DNA of 61,816 nt from Deltaproteobacteria bacterium (GCA_030606805.1 JAUWFS010000001.1:1-61816), one strand, 5' to 3'; counted from the first letter of the stretch, positions 34,571-44,278 are shown. A program made the numbers and translations. The notes: generated by a model from the letters alone, not told the origin.

Positions 34571-34912
34571 ATGAACCCGATAATTTTGCCGCCTTCTTGG
34601 AAGCAAATATCATCACCGCTTCCATTTCAAAAATGTTTTAGGAAATTCAACGGTCTTATTGTCCTTGTAGGTCAATTTGACCATGAAGGAGACAGATGGT
34701 TACATGTTTCCTGCTCTCATAAAAATAAACTTCCAAAATGGAAAGAGCTCCGGGAGGTTAAAGATATTTTTGTTGGAAAAGATAAACAAGCTATCCAGAT
34801 TTTTCCTCCGGAATCACAGTATGTAAACATTATGAAGTTCTGTCTTCATTTGTGGTGTAACCTGAGTAGGGATATTGTTCCTGATTTTACGAGAGTAATT
34901 GGGATGATCTGA
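34571..34912 (+). CDS. hypothetical protein
   Basis: ATG 34571, in frame with track ORF 34532. Contains WLHVSCSHKNKLPKW. Confidence 0.6.
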   Translation: MNPIILPPSWKQISSPLPFQKCFRKFNGLIVLVGQFDHEGDRWLHVSCSHKNKLPKWKELREVKDIFVGKDKQAIQIFPPESQYVNIMKFCLHLWCNLSRDIVPDFTRVIGMI

Positions 34913-34922
34913 AAGGCATAAT

Positions 34923-34938
34923 ATGCCGCGAAATATGT
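34923..34938 (+). repeat. 16-bp direct repeat copy 1 (ATGCCGCGAAATATGT)
   Basis: Identical to 35168..35183, which is the start of the ASCH-like gene. Confidence 0.9.
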
Positions 34939-34953
34939 GACCAGAAAAGAATA

Positions 34954-35130
34954 ATGAATACAGACTGGAATGAAATCATTACTTTTTGGAATGGAGTTTA
35001 TGGTACAAAGTTCAAGACAATAGGAGCTGTGCTTAGAGCCGGGGTGAAAAAATTCCATACTATTAAGAAATTGGCTTTGAAACTGGATATTAACAGGGAA
35101 ACGTTAAGGCGTAAGATGAGACGGAAATAA
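34954..35130 (+). CDS. small HTH-like protein (58 aa), truncated paralog of 36172..36549
   Basis: Shares the DW....YGT..KT N-terminus with 36172..36549. Lies between the 16-bp direct repeats. Confidence 0.5.
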   Translation: MNTDWNEIITFWNGVYGTKFKTIGAVLRAGVKKFHTIKKLALKLDINRETLRRKMRRK

Positions 35131-35167
35131 AATAAAATTAATACACAGAATCACTTGAGGTTTTTCG

Positions 35168-35183
35168 ATGCCGCGAAATATGT
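35168..35183 (+). repeat. 16-bp direct repeat copy 2
   Basis: Identical to 34923..34938. Confidence 0.9.
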
Positions 35184-35509
35184 CCTTCATGATTACCAAA
35201 GAACAGGTCAGAAATCGTACCAAAACAGTGACAAGACGTCTTGGATGGGCTTTTTTAAAACCTGATGATATTGTTAATGCTGTTGAACAAGGAATGGGGC
35301 TGAAGAAAGGCGAAAAAGTTAAACGAATTTGTCAGATTTGGATTAAATCAACACGATGGGAACCACTTTATAGAATTACGAAAGAAGAATGTGTCAAAGA
35401 AGGTTTCTTAAAAATGTCTCCTGATAGTTTTATAGAAATGTTTTGTAAGCTTAATAAAACAAAACGAGATCGTCTTATAAATAGAATAGAATTTAAGTAC
35501 ATAGATTAA
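35168..35509 (+). CDS. ASCH-domain-like protein
   Basis: ITKEQVRNRTKTVTRRLGW..LKPDD. Confidence 0.65.
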   Translation: MPRNMSFMITKEQVRNRTKTVTRRLGWAFLKPDDIVNAVEQGMGLKKGEKVKRICQIWIKSTRWEPLYRITKEECVKEGFLKMSPDSFIEMFCKLNKTKRDRLINRIEFKYID

Positions 35510-35525
35510 AAAGTTAAAAAACAAT

Positions 35526-36179
35526 ATGAAAAAGATCGATTTAACTGAGAAAAGATTTGGTAGATTAACGGTAATTGAACAAGCAGGAAGCGATAAATGG
35601 GGATTTGCTCTTTGGATGTGCAAATGTGATTGCGGCGTCATAATTATTGTTAATGGGGGAAGCCTGAGAAGTGGATGTACAAAATCTTGTGGGTGTCTTC
35701 AAAGAGAAATAGCAAAGAAAAGATTAACTACACATGGACTTAGTAGCTCTCGAATATATAAAATATGGGCAAGTATGATACAGCGTTGCATAGATATTAA
35801 TTATGAAGATTATCATTATTACGGCGGACGCGGAATAACAGTCTGTAAACGATGGAAATTTTTCGAAAATTTCCTTGCTGATATGGGTGAGTGCCCAAAT
35901 GATTTTACATTAGAAAGGGTTGATAATGAAAAAGGTTATTTTTTAAAGAATTGTAAATGGGCAACGCATACTGAACAGAATCGTAATCAAAGAGTTCAGA
36001 AAAGAAATAAAACAGGTATTACAGGTGTATTTTGGTCTTCAGACAGAAATAAATTTCGATCTTATATTGGAGTAGGCGGAAGATTAATTCATCTTGGCTC
36101 TTTTAAAGAATTAAATAATGCAATCCTTGCCAGACAAGATGCCGAAATGAAGTATTGGAGAAAAAATAATTATGATTGA
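35526..36179 (+). CDS. AP2-domain / HNH-like homing-endonuclease family protein (paralog 3)
   Basis: LTEKRFGRLTV, CDCG...SCGC, YGGRGITVC, and ITGVFWS..KFRSYI. Confidence 0.75.
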   Translation: MKKIDLTEKRFGRLTVIEQAGSDKWGFALWMCKCDCGVIIIVNGGSLRSGCTKSCGCLQREIAKKRLTTHGLSSSRIYKIWASMIQRCIDINYEDYHYYGGRGITVCKRWKFFENFLADMGECPNDFTLERVDNEKGYFLKNCKWATHTEQNRNQRVQKRNKTGITGVFWSSDRNKFRSYIGVGGRLIHLGSFKELNNAILARQDAEMKYWRKNNYD

Positions 36180-36549
36180 TTGGACAGGTTTAATGCAAGG
36201 ATATAATCGGCGATATGGTACAAGTCATAAAACAGAAAAAGAGTTCCTTGCAGAAGCATACACAAGATTTAACCGTTCAGTTACTGAAATGTCCAGACGA
36301 AAAAATTTGTATGTGTGTATCCCTACGCTATGTACAAAAATGAAGAGTTTGGATGTTCCTTATCTTGGTAAAGGCCACCGTTACCCAGGCCCGAAGGTAA
36401 GGGCGATTCTTGCTTTGAAGACCGAGAATATGACCCGGAAACAGATAGCAAAGGTAACAGGAATTGGATTATCCTATTGTTGGATTTTGCTGAATAAACT
36501 GAAATTACCTTGGAAAAGGATACCACCAGGGCGGAGAACAGGAAGTTAA
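36172..36549 (+). CDS. HTH DNA-binding protein
   Basis: 125 aa. Contains MTRKQIAKVTGIGLSYCWILL. Confidence 0.6.
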   Translation: MIDWTGLMQGYNRRYGTSHKTEKEFLAEAYTRFNRSVTEMSRRKNLYVCIPTLCTKMKSLDVPYLGKGHRYPGPKVRAILALKTENMTRKQIAKVTGIGLSYCWILLNKLKLPWKRIPPGRRTGS

Positions 36550-36555
36550 TTACAC

Positions 36556-37248
36556 ATGAAAAATTGGATGAAGAAAATTTTGATAATTAGTCCGCACAGC
36601 GACGACGAAACATTGTCCCTGGGCGGGACAATTTGTAATATCAAGGCTAAAGGTGGCCAAGTACGGGTTGTGGTAGCTGTGGCCGGAGACATTGTTTTTT
36701 GGCACAATGGTCGCGTAGAGGTACCGGCAGAGCAGAGAGTTGAGGAATTGCAAGCGGCCATGGAATGTTTAGGTGTCGATAGCTGGAGAATTGTCTTTAA
36801 GGAGCGAAATTTGGAATCAAGACTGGATACTATTCCTATACGGGAACTGGTCTATGAGTTTGATAAAGAAATCGAGATCTATCGTCCTGATACTTTATTT
36901 TTTCCACGAAAGTCATACCACCAGGATCACACGGTTGTTCAAAAAGCTGCAGTTGCAGCATGTAGGCCGAATTCAGATAAGTTTATGCCTTCACGAGTGA
37001 TTGAGTATGAATATCCAGGTAGCACCTGGAATGAGTCGAGCGAGGAGATTTGGGCAAATTTTTTTATCCGGATTTCGGGTAAAGTGCTTGAACGTAAGAT
37101 CGAGGCCTTTCAAAAACACTTTTCCCAGCAGAGGAAAAAGGAACATCTTTTTAGCATGGAGACGATCCGACTATGGGCAAAAATGAGGGGTAGAGAAGTA
37201 GGCGCCGAATATGCGGAAGCATTTAGGATTTGGAGGTGGATAGAATGA
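36556..37248 (+). CDS. PIG-L/LmbE-family deacetylase
   Basis: ILIISPHSDDETLSLGGT and HQDH. Confidence 0.8.
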   Translation: MKNWMKKILIISPHSDDETLSLGGTICNIKAKGGQVRVVVAVAGDIVFWHNGRVEVPAEQRVEELQAAMECLGVDSWRIVFKERNLESRLDTIPIRELVYEFDKEIEIYRPDTLFFPRKSYHQDHTVVQKAAVAACRPNSDKFMPSRVIEYEYPGSTWNESSEEIWANFFIRISGKVLERKIEAFQKHFSQQRKKEHLFSMETIRLWAKMRGREVGAEYAEAFRIWRWIE

Positions 37249-37931
37249 GAGTATCGATTTACCAGCCTGCGTATTTTCCAACACTCCACTATTTCAACAG
37301 AATTTTGGATTCGGACATATTTGTATTACTTGATACGGCTCAATTCACAAGAAGCGTAAGATATACAAATACGATGAAGATCAAAGGTAAATGTGGTCTT
37401 GTCAATATGACTGTTCCGATTGTCCATACGGGCAGACGTGAAATGTTTGTAAATCTTCTGGCTGATGATAACCAGCGATGGAGACAAAAACATTATGAAG
37501 CTTTGCGACATGCTTACGGAAAAACAGATGGATGGAGAATGTGTGGCAATTCCTTGCACTCTTTTTACGAAAATGAAGAGAGCCGTTTCAGTAGACTTTG
37601 TGAGCTTGCTGTAGATTGGGTCTTAAATGTTATAAAAAGTTGTAAAGTTGTAACTGTTCGTGCAAGTTCTTTGGGGGTTGATGGAAACGGTTCTCAATGG
37701 ATGCTTGATATTTGTAAGGAGCTGGATGCTACTGAATATCTGTGTGGTAAATCAGCATATGATAACTATTTGGATAAAGAGGCATTCAGGAAGGCCGGGA
37801 TCAAAATTGTAGTCCAGAACTGGACATGCCCGGAGTATCCGCAAATCAAAGTACCTTTTTCTTCTAACTTATCTATTCTTGATTTGGTTATGAACGTACA
37901 TGAAAGAAACAGGAGGGCTTTGTTAATATGA
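37245..37931 (+). CDS. WbqC-like family protein
   Basis: MRVSIYQPAYFPTLHYFNRI...LLDTAQF. ATG 37245 follows GGAGGTGGA and overlaps the upstream stop. Confidence 0.7.
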   Translation: MRVSIYQPAYFPTLHYFNRILDSDIFVLLDTAQFTRSVRYTNTMKIKGKCGLVNMTVPIVHTGRREMFVNLLADDNQRWRQKHYEALRHAYGKTDGWRMCGNSLHSFYENEESRFSRLCELAVDWVLNVIKSCKVVTVRASSLGVDGNGSQWMLDICKELDATEYLCGKSAYDNYLDKEAFRKAGIKIVVQNWTCPEYPQIKVPFSSNLSILDLVMNVHERNRRALLI

Positions 37932-38392
37932 AAGGTATAGATATGCTATTTAATTGTGGGAATTGCTTTCGATGTTGCTGTCATTTTACAAAAGATACGA
38001 TGGGACCGTTTATCCGAACAGACGAAATATATCAGATAGGGTCTCAGAATGTTCATAAGGTCAAGTTTTCTGGAATTGATGAACCAATGACAGTTATGAA
38101 AAGAAAGGATAACCGTTGCATGGCTTGGTCATATGAAGAGCACTGCACAATTTATTCAGTAAGGCCAGTGGATTGCCTGTTATATCCTTTCATGGTCAAA
38201 GATGGGAATATGATTATTCATCTTACATGCCCAGATGCAGTAAGAATATTGCAATTGATAGATGCTGGAAATGCTAAAGCAGAACGATTTTACTTAAACG
38301 CTAAAGATATTATCATGAGGGCTTCTGAAAAGTATTTAAGATACCTTGAGTATCAGACCAAAAATTTTCAGTTTTATTGTGTAGTAAAATGA
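37928..38392 (+). CDS. YkgJ-family cysteine-cluster protein
   Basis: CGNCFRCCC ... C.IYSVRPVDCLLYPF. Confidence 0.7.
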   Translation: MKGIDMLFNCGNCFRCCCHFTKDTMGPFIRTDEIYQIGSQNVHKVKFSGIDEPMTVMKRKDNRCMAWSYEEHCTIYSVRPVDCLLYPFMVKDGNMIIHLTCPDAVRILQLIDAGNAKAERFYLNAKDIIMRASEKYLRYLEYQTKNFQFYCVVK

Positions 38393-38404
38393 AAGGACAT
38401 AAAA

Positions 38405-39466
38405 ATGTATCAAAATCAAGATGAATGGACAGAACTAAGCGAATTCCTAAAAGAAGTCTATTTCAGCGAAAGATGGTCTTATTACGGCGGTGGAAAGTTT
38501 CATACCAGATTTGAAAATCTGGCGAGTGCAAAACTGTTTGAAGGACAAAAACAAGTGCTATTGGTTGCCAATGGAACTGTGGCTCTTGAGTTAGCAATCC
38601 GAGCAGCGTTTCATAACACTGCTTATCATATTAAACTTGGTATTCCGGTATTGACAGTCCCAATGGTGAAGTGGGCAGTGGAAAGGTCTGGCTGTGTTGA
38701 CGAAATTCGGTATTTGGATGTAGATCCAAAAACATTTTGTATTCGTGAGATTCCAAGTGATATTGACGGAGTGGTTTGGGTTCATACAGGTGGATTGATG
38801 TCAGCAAAAACAGAACGTATGTTTAATAGATGTCGTAAGGATAATATAACGATAATTGAAGATATTTCACATGCATACGGTTCATCATACAACGGGAGAA
38901 GAGCGGGAACGGGTGGTCATTTTGTTGCTGGTTCTTTCTTTGGGACAAAGGTGCTTACGTGTGGTGAAGGAGGTTTTGTTGGGACACACTCAAAGGTCTG
39001 TTACGATTTTATGAAAGTGATGAGAAACCAAGGAAAAAATGATGATTTTGAGCAGATAATGGAAGGCTATAATTATAGGGTCAATGAGTTCACCGCGGCC
39101 ATAGCATTTGCGAGGCTGAAAAGACTTGAAAAAGAACTTGCTTTGAGAGGGATAATTGCAGAAAAATACGACATGGCACTTCGTGAAATAGATATTCGAA
39201 GTGTTGAAAAAGAACTTGGTTGTATGACCGGTTTCTATAAATACATAGTTAGGACAAAACATGCTCACAAACTGGACGAGCGGATGGAAAATGAAGGTCT
39301 GTCGTTTACAGACTGGGTTCATGATAAACTTTTAGCACAGGGGAATTACCCCGGAGCTGAAGAGGTAGCAGATGGTCATGTGTGTTTACAACTGATTCAA
39401 GACTCAACCGAAAGAGACAAATATATCAATACGTTCAAAAGATTATGGAAGGAGATAAACAGATGA
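38405..39466 (+). CDS. DegT/DnrJ/EryC1/StrS-family PLP sugar aminotransferase
   Basis: NGTVALELAIRA, EDISHAYGS, SFFGTKVLTCGEGG, and NYRVNEFTAAI. Confidence 0.9.
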   Translation: MYQNQDEWTELSEFLKEVYFSERWSYYGGGKFHTRFENLASAKLFEGQKQVLLVANGTVALELAIRAAFHNTAYHIKLGIPVLTVPMVKWAVERSGCVDEIRYLDVDPKTFCIREIPSDIDGVVWVHTGGLMSAKTERMFNRCRKDNITIIEDISHAYGSSYNGRRAGTGGHFVAGSFFGTKVLTCGEGGFVGTHSKVCYDFMKVMRNQGKNDDFEQIMEGYNYRVNEFTAAIAFARLKRLEKELALRGIIAEKYDMALREIDIRSVEKELGCMTGFYKYIVRTKHAHKLDERMENEGLSFTDWVHDKLLAQGNYPGAEEVADGHVCLQLIQDSTERDKYINTFKRLWKEINR

Positions 39467-40386
39467 AGTGCCTTGTAACCGGAGGAAGTGGGTTTGTTGG
39501 CCGGCATCTCGTAAAGGAGCTTTTGGATAGAGGAGATGAAGTTTGGAACTGTGATGTTCGTTTGCCTAAAGAACATTGGAAGGGTGAGACATATCTTCAT
39601 AATAACAAAAGCGATCTTAAACAGATGTTGGAAAGTAATTTTATGAAAGGTGTTGACGAGGTCTATGATATGGGGGCAATCGTAGGCACTGGAGGTTTTG
39701 AAGCTGGCGCTGCTATGGCCTCACTTAGTGTTAATGCTGGTGGCACTCTTGGTCTTTTATGGGTTGCTGATAATTCAAAGGTTAAAAGATTTTACTATCC
39801 TGCTGTGCCGGATGATTTTGCCAATATTTACACGGTAACGAAAAAGGCTGGCGAAATGTTTTGTAAAATATTTGAAAGCAAATCCGGCATGGAAATTAAG
39901 TTGCTGAGATGGGGAAATATCTATGGCCCAGGCCAGGCTTTAATTCCCAGGAGGCTCGTTCCTTATACCATTATGAATTTGCTCGCCGGGAAACCTGTGC
40001 AGATCTTTGGCAAGGGGTTGCAAAAGGTTGAAATGATACATGTTAAGGATGTGGCCCGTATCACGGTTGAATTTATGCGTAACGGACCTTCAAAGACGAT
40101 GTATGATGTGGACTGTCAGGCATTTATATCGGTGCGCGATTTAGCATATTTAATGTGGTGCTTGGCGAAATCAGAATCGTTGGTTGATTATGTGCCCATG
40201 AGAGATGGTGAGGAGGAAATTGTAGATGAAGAGCCCAGTGGCGATGTTTGGTTATCATCAGATATGCCAGAACTTTTTGAACAAATACCCCTTGAAAGAG
40301 GTTTGCGTGAAACAATCGAATGGTACAAAGAGCGCCCCTTCTTGCTAAAAGAGGGTTTAGAATATTACGAAAAGTCGGAGAAATAG
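39463..40386 (+). CDS. NAD-dependent epimerase/dehydratase (SDR)
   Basis: MKCLVTGGSGFVGRHL and the YTVTK catalytic dyad. ATGA overlap with the upstream gene. Confidence 0.9.
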   Translation: MKCLVTGGSGFVGRHLVKELLDRGDEVWNCDVRLPKEHWKGETYLHNNKSDLKQMLESNFMKGVDEVYDMGAIVGTGGFEAGAAMASLSVNAGGTLGLLWVADNSKVKRFYYPAVPDDFANIYTVTKKAGEMFCKIFESKSGMEIKLLRWGNIYGPGQALIPRRLVPYTIMNLLAGKPVQIFGKGLQKVEMIHVKDVARITVEFMRNGPSKTMYDVDCQAFISVRDLAYLMWCLAKSESLVDYVPMRDGEEEIVDEEPSGDVWLSSDMPELFEQIPLERGLRETIEWYKERPFLLKEGLEYYEKSEK

Positions 40387-40390
40387 ATTA

Positions 40391-41866
40391 ATGCGCATAG
40401 CCATGATTCCAAATCCCGGAGTAGGTATATTGAAAAGCGATAGTGATTATATAGCGGTCGAGAATATTATTAACTATTGCGGGCAGTTTCATGACGATAT
40501 GTTTTTTTATGTAGTACTTTCCGGGAGCTATGAAGGTCAAGTTGGAGATGGAGATCTTCCGAGAACTAAGTTTGTGTGGTTGGATAAAGAGGCGGATTTC
40601 ATGTTTCGACATGCATGTATAGATTCGGATTTTGCCAAGTATTTCTATGTCCGTGGAGGAAAATATTTAATAGATTGTATATACAGCACAAGACTTTTTG
40701 AAGGGGTTCATATAAGCCAGTTGCTTACTGATTACCGAACATCACACTATGTACCGGTAGTTCTTGCAACGATTGCTCCATGGGAATACGGAACATTCAG
40801 CGAGGGTAGAAAAAGACCAAAAATACAATATGATTGTGCTACTGCAATGTCATTTGCCCTTTGCAATCCGATTTTTTATGGCCGGCGTGATTATCTTAAT
40901 AGTCAACAATATGTACGGCAATGCCTTTCCCCTTATTTTCAGAGAATGTTTGAAAAAACCTGCATGTATACCGATATTGCCCTTACGATTCCCGAAATGG
41001 ACGAAATTATCAAATCAACCCAAAAGTACAAAAAGTTCACCCTGTATTACGGAACCCGGTTTGCAACCGTAAAACAGGTAGATAAGGTAATGAAGGTCTA
41101 TGAGCAACTGTATAGTTCCGGAATGGACGTAGATATCGTTTTTACCACACAGACTGGTTGGCGACAGATTGCAAAAAGAAAGTACGTCCAGGATACGCTC
41201 AAAAGCGGATCGATTAGATATCTGATAACCAGTTATGACAAGTTTAGATATATGCGGGAAGCAGCCAGGGGGCACGTATTTATGGCAGCGTCCCTGGATG
41301 AAAATTTGTCCAGTTTTATCTTTGAACAAATTTATCTTGGTCTTATAGGCGTTTTGCCGAACCGGCCATGGGTCCTTGAAAGCCTACCTAAAGAATATCC
41401 TTTCCTTTGGAACAATCTGTCTGAGGCATATGGAATGATTAAGTGGATTTACGAAAATTATGAGCAGGCTAAGGCCAAGATAAATCCGTATCGTAAGATG
41501 ATTAATGAAAAATATGATTTGCCGAACATGATGCAGGACCTGGTGAATCATATTAGAAAGGTGGCACAAATTGGGATTGAAAGAAATAGAGAGATGACCG
41601 GTACCCAGAGCAGGAGCAGGATATGGAAAGAGGTACAAAATTTTGTAATTAGTGAGTACGACGAAGATGCAATCCGATTGCAGAGTTTTCTGAAGATGAT
41701 TGATAAAAGATTTACTGGATTTAAGACAGCACTATTGGAGAAGCCAGGAGGACCGTCACGGACTGTACCGACCAAGATATTGTTTAAGAACATGCTTGAG
41801 AAGATGGGTTATGAGGATAATTGCCAGGAAGCGGAACCGGTATTTGAAAGGAGGCGTAAGGAATAA
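40391..41866 (+). CDS. large protein, possible GT-B glycosyltransferase
   Basis: MRIAMI Rossmann-like start and an E-x7-E-like DENLSSFIFEQIYLGLIGVLP. This is a weak, motif-only call. Confidence 0.45.
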   Translation: MRIAMIPNPGVGILKSDSDYIAVENIINYCGQFHDDMFFYVVLSGSYEGQVGDGDLPRTKFVWLDKEADFMFRHACIDSDFAKYFYVRGGKYLIDCIYSTRLFEGVHISQLLTDYRTSHYVPVVLATIAPWEYGTFSEGRKRPKIQYDCATAMSFALCNPIFYGRRDYLNSQQYVRQCLSPYFQRMFEKTCMYTDIALTIPEMDEIIKSTQKYKKFTLYYGTRFATVKQVDKVMKVYEQLYSSGMDVDIVFTTQTGWRQIAKRKYVQDTLKSGSIRYLITSYDKFRYMREAARGHVFMAASLDENLSSFIFEQIYLGLIGVLPNRPWVLESLPKEYPFLWNNLSEAYGMIKWIYENYEQAKAKINPYRKMINEKYDLPNMMQDLVNHIRKVAQIGIERNREMTGTQSRSRIWKEVQNFVISEYDEDAIRLQSFLKMIDKRFTGFKTALLEKPGGPSRTVPTKILFKNMLEKMGYEDNCQEAEPVFERRRKE

Positions 41867-42120
41867 TGACAGAAGCAGAAATACAGCAAAAAACAGAAAA
41901 AGCTATGCAGGAAATAGGCAGTGCAATTGCTAAATGTTTGCAAGATTTAGCAGGTCATAAGATGGGATTTGCTCTTATCGTTTTTGAATTTAATAAGCCA
42001 GGAGTTAGTAATTACATATCTAATGCTGAACGGACGACGATGATCAAAGGACTACAAGAAACGGTGAAAAAACTCAAGTTAAATCAAGATATACCACCGA
42101 GTATCGGCTCGGTTCAATAG
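41866..42120 (+). CDS. hypothetical protein
   Basis: 84 aa with an ATGA overlap. Confidence 0.6.
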   Translation: MTEAEIQQKTEKAMQEIGSAIAKCLQDLAGHKMGFALIVFEFNKPGVSNYISNAERTTMIKGLQETVKKLKLNQDIPPSIGSVQ

Positions 42121-42131
42121 ATAGGTGACTC

Positions 42132-42326
42132 ATGAAAGTAAAGATAGAAATGATTGCAGGCGTTGAAGGTAATAGTATTTGTATAAATAATTATCGAGTT
42201 ACAGGGCCAAAAGCATGGGGCGGTGGAAGGATTATCAAATCGTGGGATGCAGAATCTGATGATATTGCAGAATCAATCCGTCACCTAACACCTGATCGGA
42301 AAGTATGGGATGTGAAAATGTTATGA
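42132..42326 (+). CDS. hypothetical protein
   Basis: 64 aa ORF. Confidence 0.55.
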   Translation: MKVKIEMIAGVEGNSICINNYRVTGPKAWGGGRIIKSWDAESDDIAESIRHLTPDRKVWDVKML

Positions 42327-42514
42327 TTTTTTGTGATGAATGCCAAAATTTTCCCTCTCCAAATCATCCGATATGGAAAACACGAAGACTCGGGAAAAGG
42401 CAATGTCTGTTAAAAATGCCAATGTTATTTAAAATGCCTAAATCACCGAATGATGAAGATTGGGGTTTTTATAAGAATGAATGCCATGGCTTTATAGAAA
42501 AGGCAGAGTCGTAA
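42305..42514 (+). CDS. hypothetical Cys-rich protein
   Basis: 69 aa. Contains CDEC. Confidence 0.5.
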   Translation: MGCENVMIFCDECQNFPSPNHPIWKTRRLGKRQCLLKMPMLFKMPKSPNDEDWGFYKNECHGFIEKAES

Positions 42515-42529
42515 AAAGGTGGTGATATT

Positions 42530-42727
42530 ATGGACAAAATTGAAGAAGTGAAGGCCTTGTCTGATTTTTTATCTGGAGTTTCCATTGCTACTCAGATGTT
42601 TGGTAATTCCGGCGGAGCCGAGAAGTTTAAGAAAGCATCTGAATGGTTACGTGTCCTATCCTACAATATTTGTGGACAGGGATATATTTGTCGTGGCGGT
42701 GCAAATTGCACTTCAGATCATAAATAA
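42530..42727 (+). CDS. hypothetical protein
   Basis: 65 aa with an AAAGGTGGTGA SD. Confidence 0.5.
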   Translation: MDKIEEVKALSDFLSGVSIATQMFGNSGGAEKFKKASEWLRVLSYNICGQGYICRGGANCTSDHK

Positions 42728-42781
42728 AAGGGTCGTCAGATGTACAATGAAAATGGAAACTAAAAAGGAAGGGCATGAAAG

Positions 42782-43027
42782 ATGTTGGTATTCCAACCGC
42801 CAGTAGAATATAAATATATTTATTTTATAAAAGTTGAGGATAAACCGAAAACATCTGTATGGCATTGCCGGAATCAAAAAAGCAACGGATTATTAGGGGT
42901 AGTTAAATGGTATGGACCTTGGCGCCAGTACTGCTTTCTTCCTGAACCTAATACTATATTTAACACCGGTTGTTTTGAAAATATTAATCATTTTATTAAA
43001 CAGCTTACTGATGAGAGAAAGCCGTAA
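42782..43027 (+). CDS. hypothetical protein
   Basis: 81 aa with an AAGGAAGGG SD. Confidence 0.5.
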   Translation: MLVFQPPVEYKYIYFIKVEDKPKTSVWHCRNQKSNGLLGVVKWYGPWRQYCFLPEPNTIFNTGCFENINHFIKQLTDERKP

Positions 43028-43147
43028 ATATGGGAATAGGATCGCATCAAAGTACACACATGAAAACTGATGAATGGCTTACACCACCCGAAGCAGGGAA
43101 AATTCAACAAACCTTATTTAATAAATCTGTTATGGAGAAAGAATAGA

Positions 43148-43894
43148 ATGACAACAAAAAAACAGGATGAAGTTTTCGTCCGGCCCGTGGTTATGCTTGA
43201 CGTAGATCTTCTTGACAACGCAGATTATAATCCCCAGGAGCAGCTTAAAATCACATTTAATGAACTGGTTAAGAAAATTCGGAGAAATGGTTTCTGCGGA
43301 ACAGTGAAAGTTGCCCCGAACCTGAAAAAGAAAGGGCGCTTTCTTATTGTTGCCGGCAATCATGCCGTAGATGCAGCCAGATTGATTGAGTTAAAGAAAG
43401 TTCCTTGCAATGTATTTGAGGATTGGGATGAGGACAGGCAGAAAGCAGAAAATGTCAGTGACAATATAGTTAGAGGAAAATTCAATCCCGAAAAACTGGC
43501 CAAAGTTTATGATGACCTGGCGAAAAAGTATGGGGATGAACTTACCCAGCAAATGATGAGTCTTGAGGTTGATAATACCATTGTCAGTCAGATAATGAAA
43601 CAGATCCGGCGAGAGGTACCTCCTGAGATGCAAAAACAACTGGACAATGCCAAAGGTGAGATCAAGACAGTTGACCAGCTTTCGGCGATCCTTAACGAGA
43701 TGTTCACCAAGTATGGAGATGACCTGCAGTATGGATTTATGGTCTTTGAATTTGGTGGCAAATCTCATTACTGGATCAAGATGAACAATAAGCTCAAGAA
43801 AAAGATGCAGGGATTCACCGATGAATGCCGCGAAACAGGCGGGCAATTATCGGAGCGACTTTATGCTGCCATGGGATGTGATGAAGAAACTTGA
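43148..43894 (+). CDS. ParB N-terminal-domain (nuclease-like) protein
   Basis: ATG 43148. Contains LDNADYNPQ, VKKIRRNGF, and FLIVAGNHAVDAARL. Confidence 0.7.
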   Translation: MTTKKQDEVFVRPVVMLDVDLLDNADYNPQEQLKITFNELVKKIRRNGFCGTVKVAPNLKKKGRFLIVAGNHAVDAARLIELKKVPCNVFEDWDEDRQKAENVSDNIVRGKFNPEKLAKVYDDLAKKYGDELTQQMMSLEVDNTIVSQIMKQIRREVPPEMQKQLDNAKGEIKTVDQLSAILNEMFTKYGDDLQYGFMVFEFGGKSHYWIKMNNKLKKKMQGFTDECRETGGQLSERLYAAMGCDEET

Positions 43895-43999
43895 TTAGGA
43901 AAGAGGATGATAGAGACTTTTGAAAATGCCTATCGCGAAATAACTGATTCTGAAAAGATATTAATCTTACGTAGCATGGAATGAAGGAACTGACCCGAA

Positions 44000-44278
44000 A
44001 TGAAGAAACAGATTATTTGTAATAAATGTAAGTCTGAACTCAGAAAATTGTTTCCAACTGATACTCCGTATCCTGGTGAACATGTAAAGTTTGTTGCCGG
44101 CAAAGCAAGAAGAGAATTCATGTGTGATCATTGCGACTGTATTATAAACGCTACAGATAATTGTTTTGCTTTTTCTATTTGGGCTGATTATGGCGGTATT
44201 CCATATCATGAATGGGAGCCTGGATATTTGGTTATTACAGCTTCGAAGGCAAAGTCTCCCGCCCATGGAGCAAGTTAA
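44000..44278 (+). CDS. zinc-ribbon protein
   Basis: CNKC...CDHCDC. Confidence 0.55.
   Translation: MKKQIICNKCKSELRKLFPTDTPYPGEHVKFVAGKARREFMCDHCDCIINATDNCFAFSIWADYGGIPYHEWEPGYLVITASKAKSPAHGAS

Noticed and set aside
43907-43983. 25-aa ORF whose sequence (AYREITDSEKILIL) echoes the C-terminus of 21083..21493 (TYREITDSEKELI)
   Set aside because: The match is very short and the ORF is tiny with no SD. It may be a remnant of duplication, but it is too weak to call.
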